Shown in pieces: positions 10,733-23,467 of a stretch of DNA of 64,000 bases. The translations under genes and the position numbers were made by a program. This DNA comes from Ranitomeya imitator (taxonomy: Eukaryota): the NCBI RefSeq assembly GCF_032444005.1, contig NC_091285.1:413788001-413852000 (forward strand), read 5' to 3'. A model generated the notes under the pieces. It was given only the letters and a program-made list of their open reading frames with translations, did no database searches and had not been told where the DNA came from. Position 1 is the stretch's first letter; every line of letters begins with the position of its first letter.

Positions 10733-12626
10733 GCCAGAGGTGGGGGGAAGGCTTTCATCTTTTTTCCCAGCCTGGGTAAACATCTCCCCCAGTCATTGGA
10801 CTCTGAAGATTGTCAAAGACGGCCTAAAAATAGATTTTGTTTATCCACCGCGACAGACTTTTGTTTTAACACCCCAAAGAAAAACCCCGGAAGAGCAGCT
10901 AGCCTTGGAAGCAGAGGTATTGGAGCTGGTATCAAAACTAGTTCTGGTAGAAGTCCCGGGGGAAGAGCAGGGAAAAGGTTTTTATTCCCCTTTTTTTTTT
11001 TTTTTATATATACGAAAACCGGACTGGTCACTAAGAACCATTGTCAATTTAAGAAATCTCAACCAGTCGGTAGTAAACTGCTCCTTCAAGATGGAGTCTG
11101 TGAATACAGCGATAAAACTCTTGTTCCTACATTGCTTCATGGCAGCTATAGACTTAAAGGACGCCTACTACCATGTCCCAATCCATCGGGACTACCAGAA
11201 ATTTCTAAGAGTAGCAGTTTGTCCAAGGCTTTCTCAGGCACTATCAATACGCTGCCCTCCCATTCGGCCTGTCTATAGCGCCAAGAATATTTACCAAGCT
11301 AATGTCAGAGGTCATGTCCTTCCTCCGCTCTCGGAACGTGGTTATAGTCCCGTATCTAGACGACTTCCTTATAATAGGGAATTTAGCGGCACACTGCCTG
11401 GCACAAATAAAAAGTCACGGCAATGCTAGAGGTGTTGGGGTGGAAAATAAATCTCACCAAATCAAGGTTGACGCCGGAGCTAGTTCAGTCCTTTCTGGGC
11501 TTAGTTCTGGACTCCAGGAGTCAGCTTTGTCTCCTACTAGAAAACAAGCTGGTCAAGATTCAAAATCTTGTGGAATCTGCGATTCAACACCCCGTAATGA
11601 CATTGAGAAAGGCAATGTCCCTGTTGGGTTCTCTGATGTCCTGTATACCCGCAGTAAGATGGGCACAGTTCCATCTAAGACAGTTACAGTGGGAGGTCCT
11701 ATCAGCACAAAAGTGGTTAAAAGGGCATTTAGAGGGGAAGCTACGCCTTTCATTGGAGGTAAAAGATTCCCTAAAATGGTGGGCTGTAAGAGATCATTTG
11801 GCATCGGGGGTTCAGTGGATAACTCCGATAGAGCAGATCATCACCACAGACGCAAGTGGTACAGGATGGGGGGCTCATTTAGGGACTCTCTCAGTTCAGG
11901 GATCCTGGTCCCAACTAGAATCACAGCAGGCGTCAAATTTAAGAGAGTTATGGGCTGTAGAGAGAGCTGTAAAACATTTCCTTCCCATCCTTCAGGGTCA
12001 CCATACCAGAGTCATGTCAGACAATCATGCAGTGGTTGCGTATATCAACCACCAAGGGGGGACGAGATCCCCTTCCTGATGAAGTCAGCGTCTGTCCTCC
12101 TACAACTAGCAGAGCGCCACCTACTATCCCTCTCTGCTCTACACATAAAGGGAGTCGAGAATACGAAAGCGGACTACCTAAGTCGCAAGACACTGAGGCA
12201 GGGAGAGTGGTCATTGAATCCCGGGTGTTTCAACAGATAGTGCAAGCTTGGGGCTTACCTGTAATAGATTTATTTGACACTCTAAACAACAGGAAAGTAG
12301 AGCGTTTCTGTTCGTTAAACCCGAGAGAGAAACCTTTCGCGGTAGATGCTCTTCAAATTCAATGGAAATTCAGTCTCGCTTATGTGTTTCCACGGATAGC
12401 GATTATTCCGGCAGTGGTAAGAAAGATCAGAATGGAGCAGGCAAGAGTAATTTTGATTGCTCCATTTTGGCCAAAAAGACCTTGGTTTTCTCTCCTAATA
12501 CAGATGTCAGTAACCGATCCATGGATTCTGCCAGAAATTCCAGACCTGCTTACCCAGGGTCCAATATGCCACTCTCAAGTGAAGGGCTTCCATCTGGCAG
12601 CCTGGAATTTGAGAGGGCATTACTGA
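10733..12626 (+). pseudogene. DIRS A RT / RNase H / methyltransferase-like ORF, frameshifted
   Basis: VGGRL, FYSP, IDLKDAYYH, PYLDD, TTDAS, ELWAV, DN and IDLF...YVFP motifs across ORFs 10452, 11302, 11423 and 12027. Confidence 0.88.
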
Positions 12627-13626
12627 GTAGGCAGGGGTTTTCACCAGGGTTAGTCCTCCACCTTGTTAAAAAGTAGAAAACCAGTCACATCAAGAATATA
12701 TGGTAGAACATGGAAAAAGTTTCTGGATTTTTCGGGGCAACCTTTGGGGGACAAGGCTCCTGTAGGTACTATTTTAGAGTTTCTACAAGCGGGTTTACAA
12801 CTAGGGTTGGCAACTAATATGCTCAAAGTACAGGTGTCTGCATTAGGAGCCTTGTATAATTGTAATCTGGCCTCCGATAGGTGGGTGTTCCGTTTTATTA
12901 AATCTTGTAGTGGGTCTAGAACAGTGGTAATTCAAAGGGTTCCTCTGTGGGATTTGAATCTGGTGTTAGAAGCTCTAACTAGGGGTCCATTTGAACCTTT
13001 GCAGGAATCATCGATAAAAATACTCTTAAAACAGTGCTTCTGGTAGCGTTGACATCAGCCCCTAGGATGAGTGACTTGCAAGCTCTGTCCATCTCCCCTC
13101 CTTACACGCAAATATTTGATGACAAAGTAGTACTCAGACCAGATCCGGCATATCTGCCGAAGGTAGTACTTAAGTTCCATAGAAGTCAAGAAATTGTGTT
13201 ACCCTCTTTTTGTGATAATCCCAAGAACCCAGGGGAAGAGAAATTTCATACACTGGATGTAAGAAGAGCTATTTTGCAGTACATATCTTTGACTAGTCAG
13301 TGGAGGAAGGCTCAGTCCCTATTTGTAGCTTTCCAGGGTAGCAGGAAGGGATATGGGGTATCCAAGGGTACTATGGCTAGGTGGATTAGGGAGGCCATTT
13401 CCTTATCCTATGCTTCTCGTGGTGCCCCGATCCCTGAAGGCATCAAGGCTCACTCCACCAGAGCTGTGGCTACTTCCTGGGCGGAAAAAGCAGAGGTATC
13501 GATTGATCAAAGGCCGCTACCTGGTCCTCACCGTCTACCTTCTTTAGACACTACCGACTAGATCTATCCTCTTCAACTGACCTTACCTTTGGTAGAAGGG
13601 TGCTACAAGCGGTGGTCCCTCCCTAA
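12552..13626 (+). pseudogene. DIRS A tyrosine recombinase, disrupted
   Basis: ALTSAPRMSDLQAL, HTLDVRR and KAHSTRAVATSWA motifs; C-terminal VVPP*. Confidence 0.88.
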
Positions 13627-14326
13627 GGTGTTTCTTTCTCCAAAAAGCTCTCAGGTGTGCTGTCATGGGAGACAGGAAAACACCAAGGTTACTTACTGGT
13701 AGCCGGTTTTTCCGGAGCCCATGACAGCACCTGTATATTCCCTCCCTTCTTTTTTTAACCCTTTGGTGCACACTTTTAGCTGGGTGTTTTTTGTTATTAT
13801 TATGATGTGGTGGTAGATTGCCATGTATACTAACCAAGGGGGCCTCTCATGCTCTGAAAACCAACTGAAGCGAGGGAGAGGTACCGTCCTTTTATTTCAG
13901 TAGGTTTCCTGTCCCAACTGGGTGGATCTTTCTCAGGTGTGCTGTCGTGGTGGGTTACTAGAAACCGAATTAACGGTAAGAATAATTCTATTTTTTTGCC
14001 ACATTTAGTTTTATAAATATGCCTCAATGCTCTGTGGTATTATAGTGTCTATTCCATCGAGAGAAAGCGGCCATATTTTGTTTTTCCGTTAACAGACCAA
14101 CACTTAATTTTGTATGGAAACAGCTGGTTTGCTCAAAACAATGCAATATCCACATGGGTCTGAAGGTAACAGCGCCCTTTCTTCTACAAAATCACATTCA
14201 CCAACAATTAGCTACTGCATTTGCCGCCATTCCATGAGGCCTCATCCAAGGCATATTGTAGAATTCCTAGACATTTGACACATACGGTGCATGTACCACA
14301 CACAAGATATACAGCCATAATATTAA

Positions 14327-14442
14327 AGGGAACCTGTCACCCCCAAAATCGAAGGTGAGCTAAGCCCACCGGCATCAGGGGCTTATCTACAGCATTCTGG
14401 AATGCTGTAGATAAGCCCCCGATGTATCCTGAAAGATGAGAA
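14327..14442. mobile_element. Left part of a T2/Kolobok-like MITE split by DIRS B
   Basis: TTAA 14323-14326, then AGGGAACCTGTCA. The sequence is complementary to 31880-32007 and is interrupted at GATGAGAA. Confidence 0.85.
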
Positions 14443-14814
14443 TATCGTAGTTACTTACCGATAACGGTATTTCTCTGATCCCATGACTGCACCACGGAGA
14501 GAGAGGGATCCGCCCTCAGGGACAGGAAACCTACAGGTGAAAAAGGCGGTACCTCTCTCCCACATTAGTTGGTTTACAGAGCCTTAACAGAACTTCAGCT
14601 GTAACTTAAATGTTATCAAACAAAACTTTAATTTTAACTTATCAGAGGCACCGCGTGACTAAGTATCAAGACTAACACTAGTGTTCACACTCACACGTGA
14701 AGGGAGGGAATGTACGGGTGCCGTCAAGGGATCAGAGAAATACAGTTATCGGTAAGTAACTACGATATTCTCACCCCCATGACGGCACCACGGAGATAAT
14801 GTCATAGATGTATA

Positions 14815-17060
14815 TTAGGGAGGGACCACTGCCTCTAGAACCCTTCTGCCAAAGGTGAGGTCTGAAGAGGAAGTCAGGTCTAGTTGGTAGTGTTTAAAGA
14901 ATGTGGACGGAGACGACCAAGTGGCTGCCCTACATATCTGTTCAATTGATGCTCCTGCTCTCTCTGCCCAGGAGGTCGCCACCGATCTGGTTGAATGAGC
15001 TCTGACTTCCTCTGGAATGGCTTCATTACTTGACGGATACGAGAGGATGATGGCGTCCCTTATCCATCTTGCAAGTGTGGCTTTCGATGCTTTATGCCCT
15101 TTGTTTGGACCCTGAAAACACACAGAGACCTATCCTTCCTATAGTCCCTTATGGCCGCAAGATATTGGACTAAACATCTTTTAACATCTAGTGTGTGTAG
15201 ATGCTCCTCTTTCCTATTTCTGGGATTTGGACAGAAAGAGGGTAACGAGAGCTCCTGCGATCTATGGAAACGTGATGCCACTTTAGGAAGGTAGGATGGA
15301 TCAGTTTTAACCCCTTCAAGTCGCGGCCCTTTTTCGTTTTTGCGTTATCATTTTTCACTTCCCAGAGCCATAACTTTTTTATTTTTCCGTCAATATGGTC
15401 ATGTGAGGGCTTATTTTTTGCGGGACGAGTTGAACTTTTGAACGACACCATTGGTTTTACCATGTCTTTTACTAGAAAACGGGAAAAAAATTCCAAGTGC
15501 GGTGAAATTGCAAAAAAAAGTGCAATCCCACACTTGTTTTTTGTCTGGCTTTTTTGCTAGGTTCATTAAATGCTAAAACTAACCTGCCACTCTGATTCTC
15601 TAGGTCATTACGAGTTCATAGACATCTAACATGTCTAGGTTATTTTTTATCCAAGTGTTGAAAAAAAATTCAAAACTTTGCTTAAAAAAAAAAAAAAAAA
15701 AAGTGCCATTTTCCGAAACCCGAAGCGTCTCCATTTTTCATGATCTGGGGTCGGGTGAGGGCTTATTTTTTGCGTGCCGAGCTGACGTTTTTAATGATAC
15801 CATTTCGGTGCAGATACGTTCTTTTGATCGCCCGTTATTGCATTTTAATGCAATGTCACGGCGACCAAAAAAACGTAATTCTGGCGTTTCGGATTTTTTT
15901 TCTCGCTACGCTGTTTAGCGATCAGGTTAATGCTTTTTTTTTATTGATAGATCGGGCGATTCTGAACGCGGCGATACCAAATACGTGTAGGCTTTTTTTT
16001 TTTATTTAGGATGGGGCGAAACTTTTATATTTTTTTTCATATTTTTAAAAACATTTTTTTTTTTTTACTTGTGCCATGCTTCAATAGCCTTGATGGGAGG
16101 CTAGAAGCTGGCATTGCCTGATCGGCTCTGCTACATAGCAGCGATCATCAGATCGCTGCTATGTAGCTGAAATGCAGGTGTGCTGTGAGCGCCGACCACA
16201 GGGGGCGCTCACAGCAGGCCGGCATTAGTAACCATAGAGGTCTCAAGGACCTCTATGGTTACCTTCCTGATGTATTGCTGACCCCCGATCATGTGACGGG
16301 GGTCAGCGATGACATCATTTCCGGCCGCAAGCGCCGGTTAAATGTCGCTGTCTGAGTTTGACAGCGGCATTTAACAGGTTAATAGCGGCGGGTGGATAGC
16401 GATTTCACCCGCCGCTATTGCGCGCACATGTCAGCTGTACAAAACAGCTGCCATGTCGCGACTTTGATGTGGGCTCACCGCCGGAGCCCACATCAAAGGG
16501 GGTGACACGGCATGCGCAGTAATAGTACGGCGCATGTTGTGAAAGGGTTAAGGATTACTCTGTCATCTAGTATGCGTGTCAGCGGTGGATATGCTGATAG
16601 GGCCTGCATGTCACTAATACTCCGTGCTGACGTTAGTGCCGCAAGAAGGGAGGTTTTGAGCAATATTATTTTTTTAAGAGGCTTGGGACAGTGGCTCAAA
16701 AGGTGGTTTGGTTAGTGCGGAGAGAACTAGATTTAGGTCCCAGGGAGGTGTAGTATGGTGTACCACTGGTCTAGATCTGGTCAAGGCCTTAATGAATCTC
16801 TTTACCCAGCGGTTCCCCGCCAAGTCACAGTTGTAAAGGGCCCCCAGCGCTGCTGGACTTTAAGCGTGCTCGTTGCTAAGCCTTTTTCTAGTACCTTCTG
16901 AATTGGGATTTCCTCAGATAAACTGGCACCTGATACTGATAAAAATCTCTGCCAAACCTTTCCATACGCCCTAGTAGTCACTGGTTTTCTACTTAGCAGA
17001 AGAGTGGAGACTAGATTTGAAGAGAACCCTCTCTTGATTAGAAGCTTCCTTTCAAATTCC
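14815..17060 (-). pseudogene. DIRS B tyrosine recombinase, split by the TTAA insertion
   Basis: ILDDRVILKTDPSYLPKVA is restored across the insert; RAHSTRSVATSWA, TFFKHY, VVPP*. Confidence 0.85.
15311..16547. mobile_element. Non-autonomous piggyBac-like element inserted in the DIRS B YR gene
   Basis: TTAA duplicated at 15307-15310 and 16548-16551; CCC...GGG ends. Removing it restores the YR frame. Confidence 0.85.
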
Positions 17061-18443
17061 AAGCCGTCATATGCAAGTTCTTTACTTGCGGGTGATTTAC
17101 CGGCCCCTGATATAGCAGGTTCGGAATCTCTGGAAGGACCCAAGGGTATGTTAAAGACGTTATCCTTAGCCATGGAAACCATGCTCTCTTTTGCCAAAAA
17201 GGAGCTATCATGATGACTCTCGCTCCATCCTCCCTGATCTTTCTCAACACTAAAGGAATTGGAGGAAACACATAGGCTAGGTGAAATTCCATGGAATTGA
17301 AAAGGCATCTAGGGTCACTGGGTTCCCGCACGGGTATGTTGAACAAAAGGCCTGAGTCTTTCGGTTTTGGTTGTTCACAAATAAATCTATTTCTGGGAGA
17401 CCCCACAATTGTACTATGTTGTTGAAGACTGCCTGATTCAATTCCCACTCTCCCTGTTTGAGTTGTGTTCGGCTTAGAACATTTGCAGTATGATTTTCCG
17501 ACCCCTTGATGTGAAGGGCTGATAGTGACGACAGATTGGTCTCTGCTAATAATAGAATGGATTTTGTCACTTCCATCAGTGTACGAGATCTCGTGCCCCC
17601 CTGGTGATTTAAATAGGCTACCACCACCCTGTTGTCCGATAATATCCTCACGTGATGGGAGTGTAGGAAGTGGATGAGTGCATATTTTACTGCTAGGAGT
17701 TCTTTCATGTTTGAGGAACCCAGTTTTTCTTCCTCCGACCATGGCCCTTGAGCAATTTGTCTACATGAGCCCCCAAGGACTCGCGTCCGCAGTTAGGGTA
17801 CCGTCACACAGTAGCATTTTGATCGCTACGACGGCACGATCCGTGACGCTCCAGCATCGTAACAATATCGCTCCAGCGTCGTAGACTGCTGTCACACTTT
17901 GCAATGTACGACGCTGGAGCGATAATTTCATGACGTATGTGCGATGTAGAAGCCGTTGGTTACTATGCGCACATCGTATACAATATCGTGCACACCTTTG
18001 TTACACCATGCCACCACAGCGGGACACTAGACGACGAAAGAAAGTTTCAAACGATCTGCTACGACGTACGATTCTCAGCGGGATCCCTGATCGCAGGAGC
18101 GTGTCAGACACAGCGAGATCGCTGGAACGTCACGGATATATCGCTGGAACGTCACGGATCGTGCCGTCGTAGCGATCAAAATGCCACTGTGTGACGGTAC
18201 CATTAGGGTTATAGATGTTGGCCATACCCATGGAACACCCCAGGTTAGATTGTGTGCATCCACCCACCAAGCTAGGGAATGTATTGTTTGCAAGGAGATT
18301 AAGTGCTTTTCTAAATCCCCTTTTAGCATAGAATCTGCTTCTAAGATCTCCCACTGGAGGTCGCTGGTGTGACTCTGGGCCCATTGGACCACTGGAAGAC
18401 AGGCTGTCATCGATCCCAGTATGGACATCGCTTTTCGTAGAGT
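17038..18443 (-). pseudogene. DIRS B RNase H / MT region (RT core deleted)
   Basis: TLRKAMSILGS, LTADASPWG (restored across the MITE), ELLAV, SDN, IDLF, YVFPP. Confidence 0.8.
17796..18202. mobile_element. PIF/Harbinger-like MITE in DIRS B RNase H
   Basis: TIR of about 55 bp starting GGTACCGTCACACAGT. TTA duplicated at 17793-17795 and 18203-18205. Confidence 0.9.
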
Positions 18444-19020
18444 AGCCTTTTCCCTTAAATTTTTTATCGTCCCATCCTTTCTGATTTTTTGGGGGGCCTT
18501 CTACGCATGAATTTTCTGTTCCGAAAGGACAGTTTATATAATTGGGAACCCCAGAAAGGCTTTTTTCTTGTCCCCCGCTTTCTCCAGGATATCATGTAAG
18601 GTAGGGCTAAATAGAAACTCCCCGTTGCAGGGTATGGAACATAATTTGGCTTTCGTTTGTAGGTCCCCGGCTAGCATTTGAGCCATAAAGCCTGCCTTGC
18701 TGCATTTGAAAAGGAAGCAGCTCTTGCCGCCAGTCTCACAGAGTCTATAGATGCGTCTGCTAGGAACCCAGGTGCTCCTTTCATTATTAAGATTGAATCT
18801 AATACCGATTCTCTCAGAGATCTATCTTTTAGTTGTGATCGTAAATGATCTAACTACACCATTAATGCTCTGGCGGTACATGTGGCGGCCATAGCTGCCT
18901 TTAGTTCCCACACCCCCCCCCCCCCCCCCTCAGCAGCATCCCAACAACCTTTTAGAAATACTTCAGCCTTCTTATTCATAGGGTCCTTTAGGGTCCCCAT
19001 ATCTTCAAAAGGTAAAGAAA
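18444..19020 (-). pseudogene. DIRS B gag, 3' part (5' part at 29805-30437)
   Basis: DVATAKASKKFSLPFEDMG reads continuously when DIRS C is removed. Confidence 0.8.
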
Positions 19021-19400
19021 CACCGGATTACGTACCGGTAATGCTCTTTTATAGAGCCAGGACAGCACCCACTTGAGAGAGGGGATCCGCCCCTAGGAAC
19101 AGGAAATCCTATGGAGAGAATAAAAGGGGCGGTCCCCCTCGCTCCCACAGTTGGGTTACAGAGATTGCGAGGAACCGCCCACCAGATTTTAGTAGGTCAT
19201 TCAATATTATCATTTATTAGTTAACTTAAGTATGGCTAACTACAAGAACCAAACACCCTTAACCGTGCTCCTAAATAAAAAACCTATAAGGGTGGGAAGT
19301 GAAGGTGCTGTCGTGGCTCTATAAAAGAGCATTACCGGTACGTAATCCGGTGTTTTCTCTTCGCCACGACAGCACCCACTTGAGAGACTTTCAGAGATAG

Positions 19401-20430
19401 TCATTTGGGAGGGATCACCGTGTTAAGAACTGATCTACCGAAGGACAAGTCAGATGAGGAAGACAAGTCAAATCTATAGTGATTATAGAAGGTAGTAGGA
19501 GAAGACCAGGTTGCGGCCTTACATATCAGTTCTTTTGGAACCTCCGCTCGTTCAGCCCAGGATGATGCTATCGCCCGGGTGGAATGTGCTTTTACGGTCT
19601 CAGGCGGATTCTCCCTTTTGGACGAATAGGCCAGACATATTGCATCTCGAATCCACCGAGATAAAGTACCCTTCGTGATTCCAGCTCCTTTTCTATGACC
19701 CTGGAAGGAAACAAAGAGAGCCCTGCTCTTCCTCCAGGCACTAGTCCTATCTAAATAGGCTATTATGGCTCTCCTCACATCTAATGTGTGGTATTTTTGT
19801 TCTTCCTGATTTGTAGGGTTATCATAGAAGGAAGGAAAATTTCTTGCGATCTGTGAAATTTAGTGCATGCTTTGGGTAAGTATGAAGGGTCTGTCTTTAG
19901 GACAACTATCTGGGAATATTGACATAAAGGGAGGATCTATCGATAGGTCCTGTATGTCACTTACTCTTTTCGCTGATACTAAGGCGACAAGAAGAGCTGT
20001 CTTGAGGGAGACATGTTTTATGTGAGCTGAATGTAGTGGCTCAAAAGGATGGTCTGTTAGAGCTTCAAGTACTAAATTAACATCCCAAGGTGGTACGTGG
20101 GGAATTTGAACTGTCTCTGACCTCTGGCATGCTGCAACAAACCTGGCTACCCATTTGTTACCTGCAATATCGTGACCATATAAAGCACCAAGCGCAGAAA
20201 TGTGTACTTTTAAGGTACTGACCGCCAGACCTAAATCGCGCCCTTTTTGAAGAAATTCTAAAACCATAGGAATATGAATTTCATTTGACAGGGCCGTCGG
20301 GTAGAGGTTTAGAAATTTTTTCCACACTCTTACATAGATGGAGGTAGTGGATTTCTTTCTACTTAACAGCAGAGTGTCAATCACTTTGTTTGAAAAACCT
20401 CTCATCTTTAGCAGCTGCCTCTCAAATTCC
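19401..20430 (-). pseudogene. DIRS C tyrosine recombinase, frameshifted
   Basis: SAKRVSDIQDL, KAHSTRAIASSWA, TWSSPTTFYNHY, VIPPK*. Confidence 0.88.
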
Positions 20431-22544
20431 AGGCTGTTAACCGTAGACCCTTCACATGAGGGTGGTTGAAGGGGCCCTGGAAAAGAAGATCCTGATCCTC
20501 CGGGAGGATCCATGGGTCCGAGATTGACATGGCTCTGAGCCAGAAAAACCATGGCCTCTTGGGCCAGAACGGAGCTATTAAGATCACGTTTGCTCTGTCC
20601 TCCCTTATCTTCCTGATAACTGTTGGAAGTAGTATCAACGGGGGAAAGGCATAAGCTTTCTGGAATACCCATGGCACTTGTAGGACGTCGAAGATATCTG
20701 GATTGTCGGATCGGAACAATGAAGCGAACGTTTTGACTTGCCTGTTGTGTCTTGTTGCAAAAAGGTCTATCTCGGGAGTGCCCCATTTTTTTACTATCAT
20801 GAAAAAGATACGACGACTTACAACCCATTCTCCTTGGTGGAGGGTGTGGCGACTGAGGAAATCTGCCTTCGAATTGTCGATTCCTCTCACATGCAGTGCT
20901 GATAGGGATAGAAGGTGCTCCTCTGCTATGGCTAGAATGTTGTCGGCTATAGACATGAGAGCTTCTGATCTTGTTCCCCCTTGGTGGTTTATATATGCAA
21001 CTGCTGTCATGTTGTCTGAAAGGATTCTTGTATGCGTTCCGTGTAGCTGCAGAAGGAATTTAGATAAGGCATGATAGATAGCTTTCAGCTCTTTTTTATT
21101 AGAAGAATCATCCGATTCCCTAAGAGACCTCAGACCTTGCACTATTTGATCTCCTAAGTGTGCTCCCCAACCACTAGGACTGGCATCAGTGAAAATAGTT
21201 TTTGAAGGTTTAACCACCCAGGGAACCCCACTGGTAAAATTATTCGGATCTAACCACCAGGTGAGAGATTGTAACACGTCTGTTGGTAAAGAAACAAGAC
21301 TATCTAACCAGCCCTGTAATCTTTCTTCCTCCTGAAGTATTGTATACTGTAATTTTCTACTATAGAATTGGGCCCACGGAACAGCTGGAATACATGATGT
21401 GAAGGAACCAAGAGGAGACATACCTTCTCTTAGGGAAATTAGGGGGTTGTTAATCATCGATTGTACCTTGTTTATAATTGCTATTTGTTTAGACTTGGGA
21501 AGAATGCACCTTTGATTTATAGAATCAAGAATAAGTCCTAGAAATTTTTGATGGGTTGTGGGGGACAATCTAGATTTTTCCCAGTTTACTAACCACCCTA
21601 ATTCCTGTAGGGACGAAATTGAATCAAATGAACGTTGATGACATTGAGAAAGGGAGTTCCCCACTATCAAAAAGTCATCTAAATATGGTATTATGAGGGT
21701 GTCTTAACCTCAAATATAACATTACCTCTGACATTAGTTTTGTGAAGACTCTAGGGGCTATTGATAGTCCAAAGGGCATTGCTGTATATTGATAATGCCG
21801 TATTTGACCTTTCATCATAACTGCCACCCGTAGATATTGTTGATGCTCAATGAAGATTGGAAGATGGTAATATGCATCTTTAAGGTCAAGAACTGCCATG
21901 AAGCAATGGGGAAACAGAAGCTTAGTAGTTGACCGAATAGATTCCATTTTAAAAGTTTGGTTCTCTAAGAAGACGTTTAGTCTCCTAAGGTTAATTATTG
22001 TTCTAAATGATCCGTCTGGTTTCGAAATCAAAAATAAAGGGGAATAAAAACCCCTTCCTTTTTTACGAAAAGGGACTTCCACTAATACTCCTTTGGACAG
22101 GAGAGTTATTATTTCCTGCTGTAAGGCCTCTTGTTGTGATTGAGACCTTAAGTAAGTCAATAAAAATGAGTCTGGAGGGACTTGGGTAAATTTTAATTTC
22201 AGACCCGTAGTTATAAGGCTAGTTGCCCATGGATTAGAAGTTGACAGCCATTGTGTAGAGAAGGACAACCTACCACTAACGGGTAGATCTGTCCTAACGG
22301 GGTTTATCCTCAGGTTTGAAAGGGCGTTTTCCGAAAAAAGCTCCTTTTTGTTTAAAGTCTTTATTAGCCCAACGGTCCTGGTTTTTATAGTCTCGTCTTC
22401 TGTTAAACATGGGCTTTCGGAACGCTCTCCTATAGGATGGAAGATAAGTGTTATTGGGGAACCCCTTCTTCCTCTCACCCGCTTTGGTAACAATTTCATC
22501 CAACTTAGTACCAAATAGGTACTCACCCTGGCATGGCAGACCAC
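20408..22544 (-). pseudogene. DIRS C RT / RNase H / MT, one frameshift near 21675
   Basis: ORFs 21675-22544 (FYSPLF, LDLKDAYYH, PFGLSIAPRVF) and 20408-21670 (FTDAS, ELKA, SDN, IDLFA, YAFPP). Confidence 0.9.
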
Positions 22545-23073
22545 ATAACTTAGACTTCGTTTGGGGATCTCCTTTCCACCCCTTTAGCCACAGGGCGCGG
22601 CGAGCCGCATTGGTCAGACCTGCTGATTTGGCTGCTAATCGTATAGAATCAGCTGAAGAATCCGCTAAAAAGGCAGTAGCTCCTCTAATCAATGGTATGG
22701 AAGACATGAGTTTATTCCGGGAAAGGCCACCTTTCAATCCTTCTTCTAAATCATTCAACCAGACTAGCATGGACCTAGCAGTGCATGTAGCCGAAATAGC
22801 CGGTCTGAAAGCTCCTGTACAGGACTCCCATGCTCTTTTTAGAAGGGAATCAGCTTTCCGGTCAAGCGGGTCTTGCAAAGATCCCGACTTCTACAGGCAG
22901 TAAAGATTTCCTAGAAGTGGATGCCACTGCCGCATCTACCTTCGGGGCTTTTGACCATTTGGAGAAATCCTAGTCATCAAAGGGATAGTGTCTTTTTGAC
23001 GAAGACTGCAACCCTCTTTGTCCCTGGCTTTCCCACTCTTTTTTGACTAAATCCTTTATTGCTGGAATAACAG
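22294..23073 (-). pseudogene. DIRS C gag, 3' part (5' part at 28530-29214)
   Basis: DPLDRKAD...RRALWLKGWKGD...CGLPCQG. RKRPSFPVIP is restored when D is removed. Confidence 0.85.
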
Positions 23074-23467
23074 GAAAAAGTGTAGTTACTCACCGATAAC
23101 GGTGTTTCTCAGAGCCCATGACCGCACTACCAGAGAGAGGGGATCCGCCCTTCAGGGACAGGAAACCTACAGGATAAAAGGGCGGTACCTCTCCCCTGCA
23201 TCAGTTTTGTTTACAGAGCATCGGAGGTCCTCCAGGTTAGTCACAACAACACAAAAAATGTGCAATTTATTCATAATGCTTAACAGTGAACACCGTGTCT
23301 ATATGTAAAAACCACTTCACACAATAATGTGCTCACCGCACACGTGATGAGGGGGGGAATAAGCAGGTGCTGTCATGGGCTCTGAGAAACACCGTTATCG
23401 GTGAGTAACTACACTTTTCTCAGTCGCCCATGACAGCACTACCAGAGAGAATTACAGAGATCATTGC

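Larger units (their letters stand above)
8761..13994 (+). mobile_element. DIRS1-like retrotransposon A (full length, decayed)
   Basis: Left ITR about 8761-8866, ICR 13648-13730 complementary to the left end, right ITR about 13858-13950. Gag, RT-RH-MT and YR homology in the expected order; no TSD. Confidence 0.92.

Noticed and set aside
19017-19020. The DIRS target core GAAA equals the IRF-binding core, next to IRF5
   Set aside because: A 4-mer is too common, the junctions lack GAAANNGAAA spacing, and the core is explained by each element's own circle junction.
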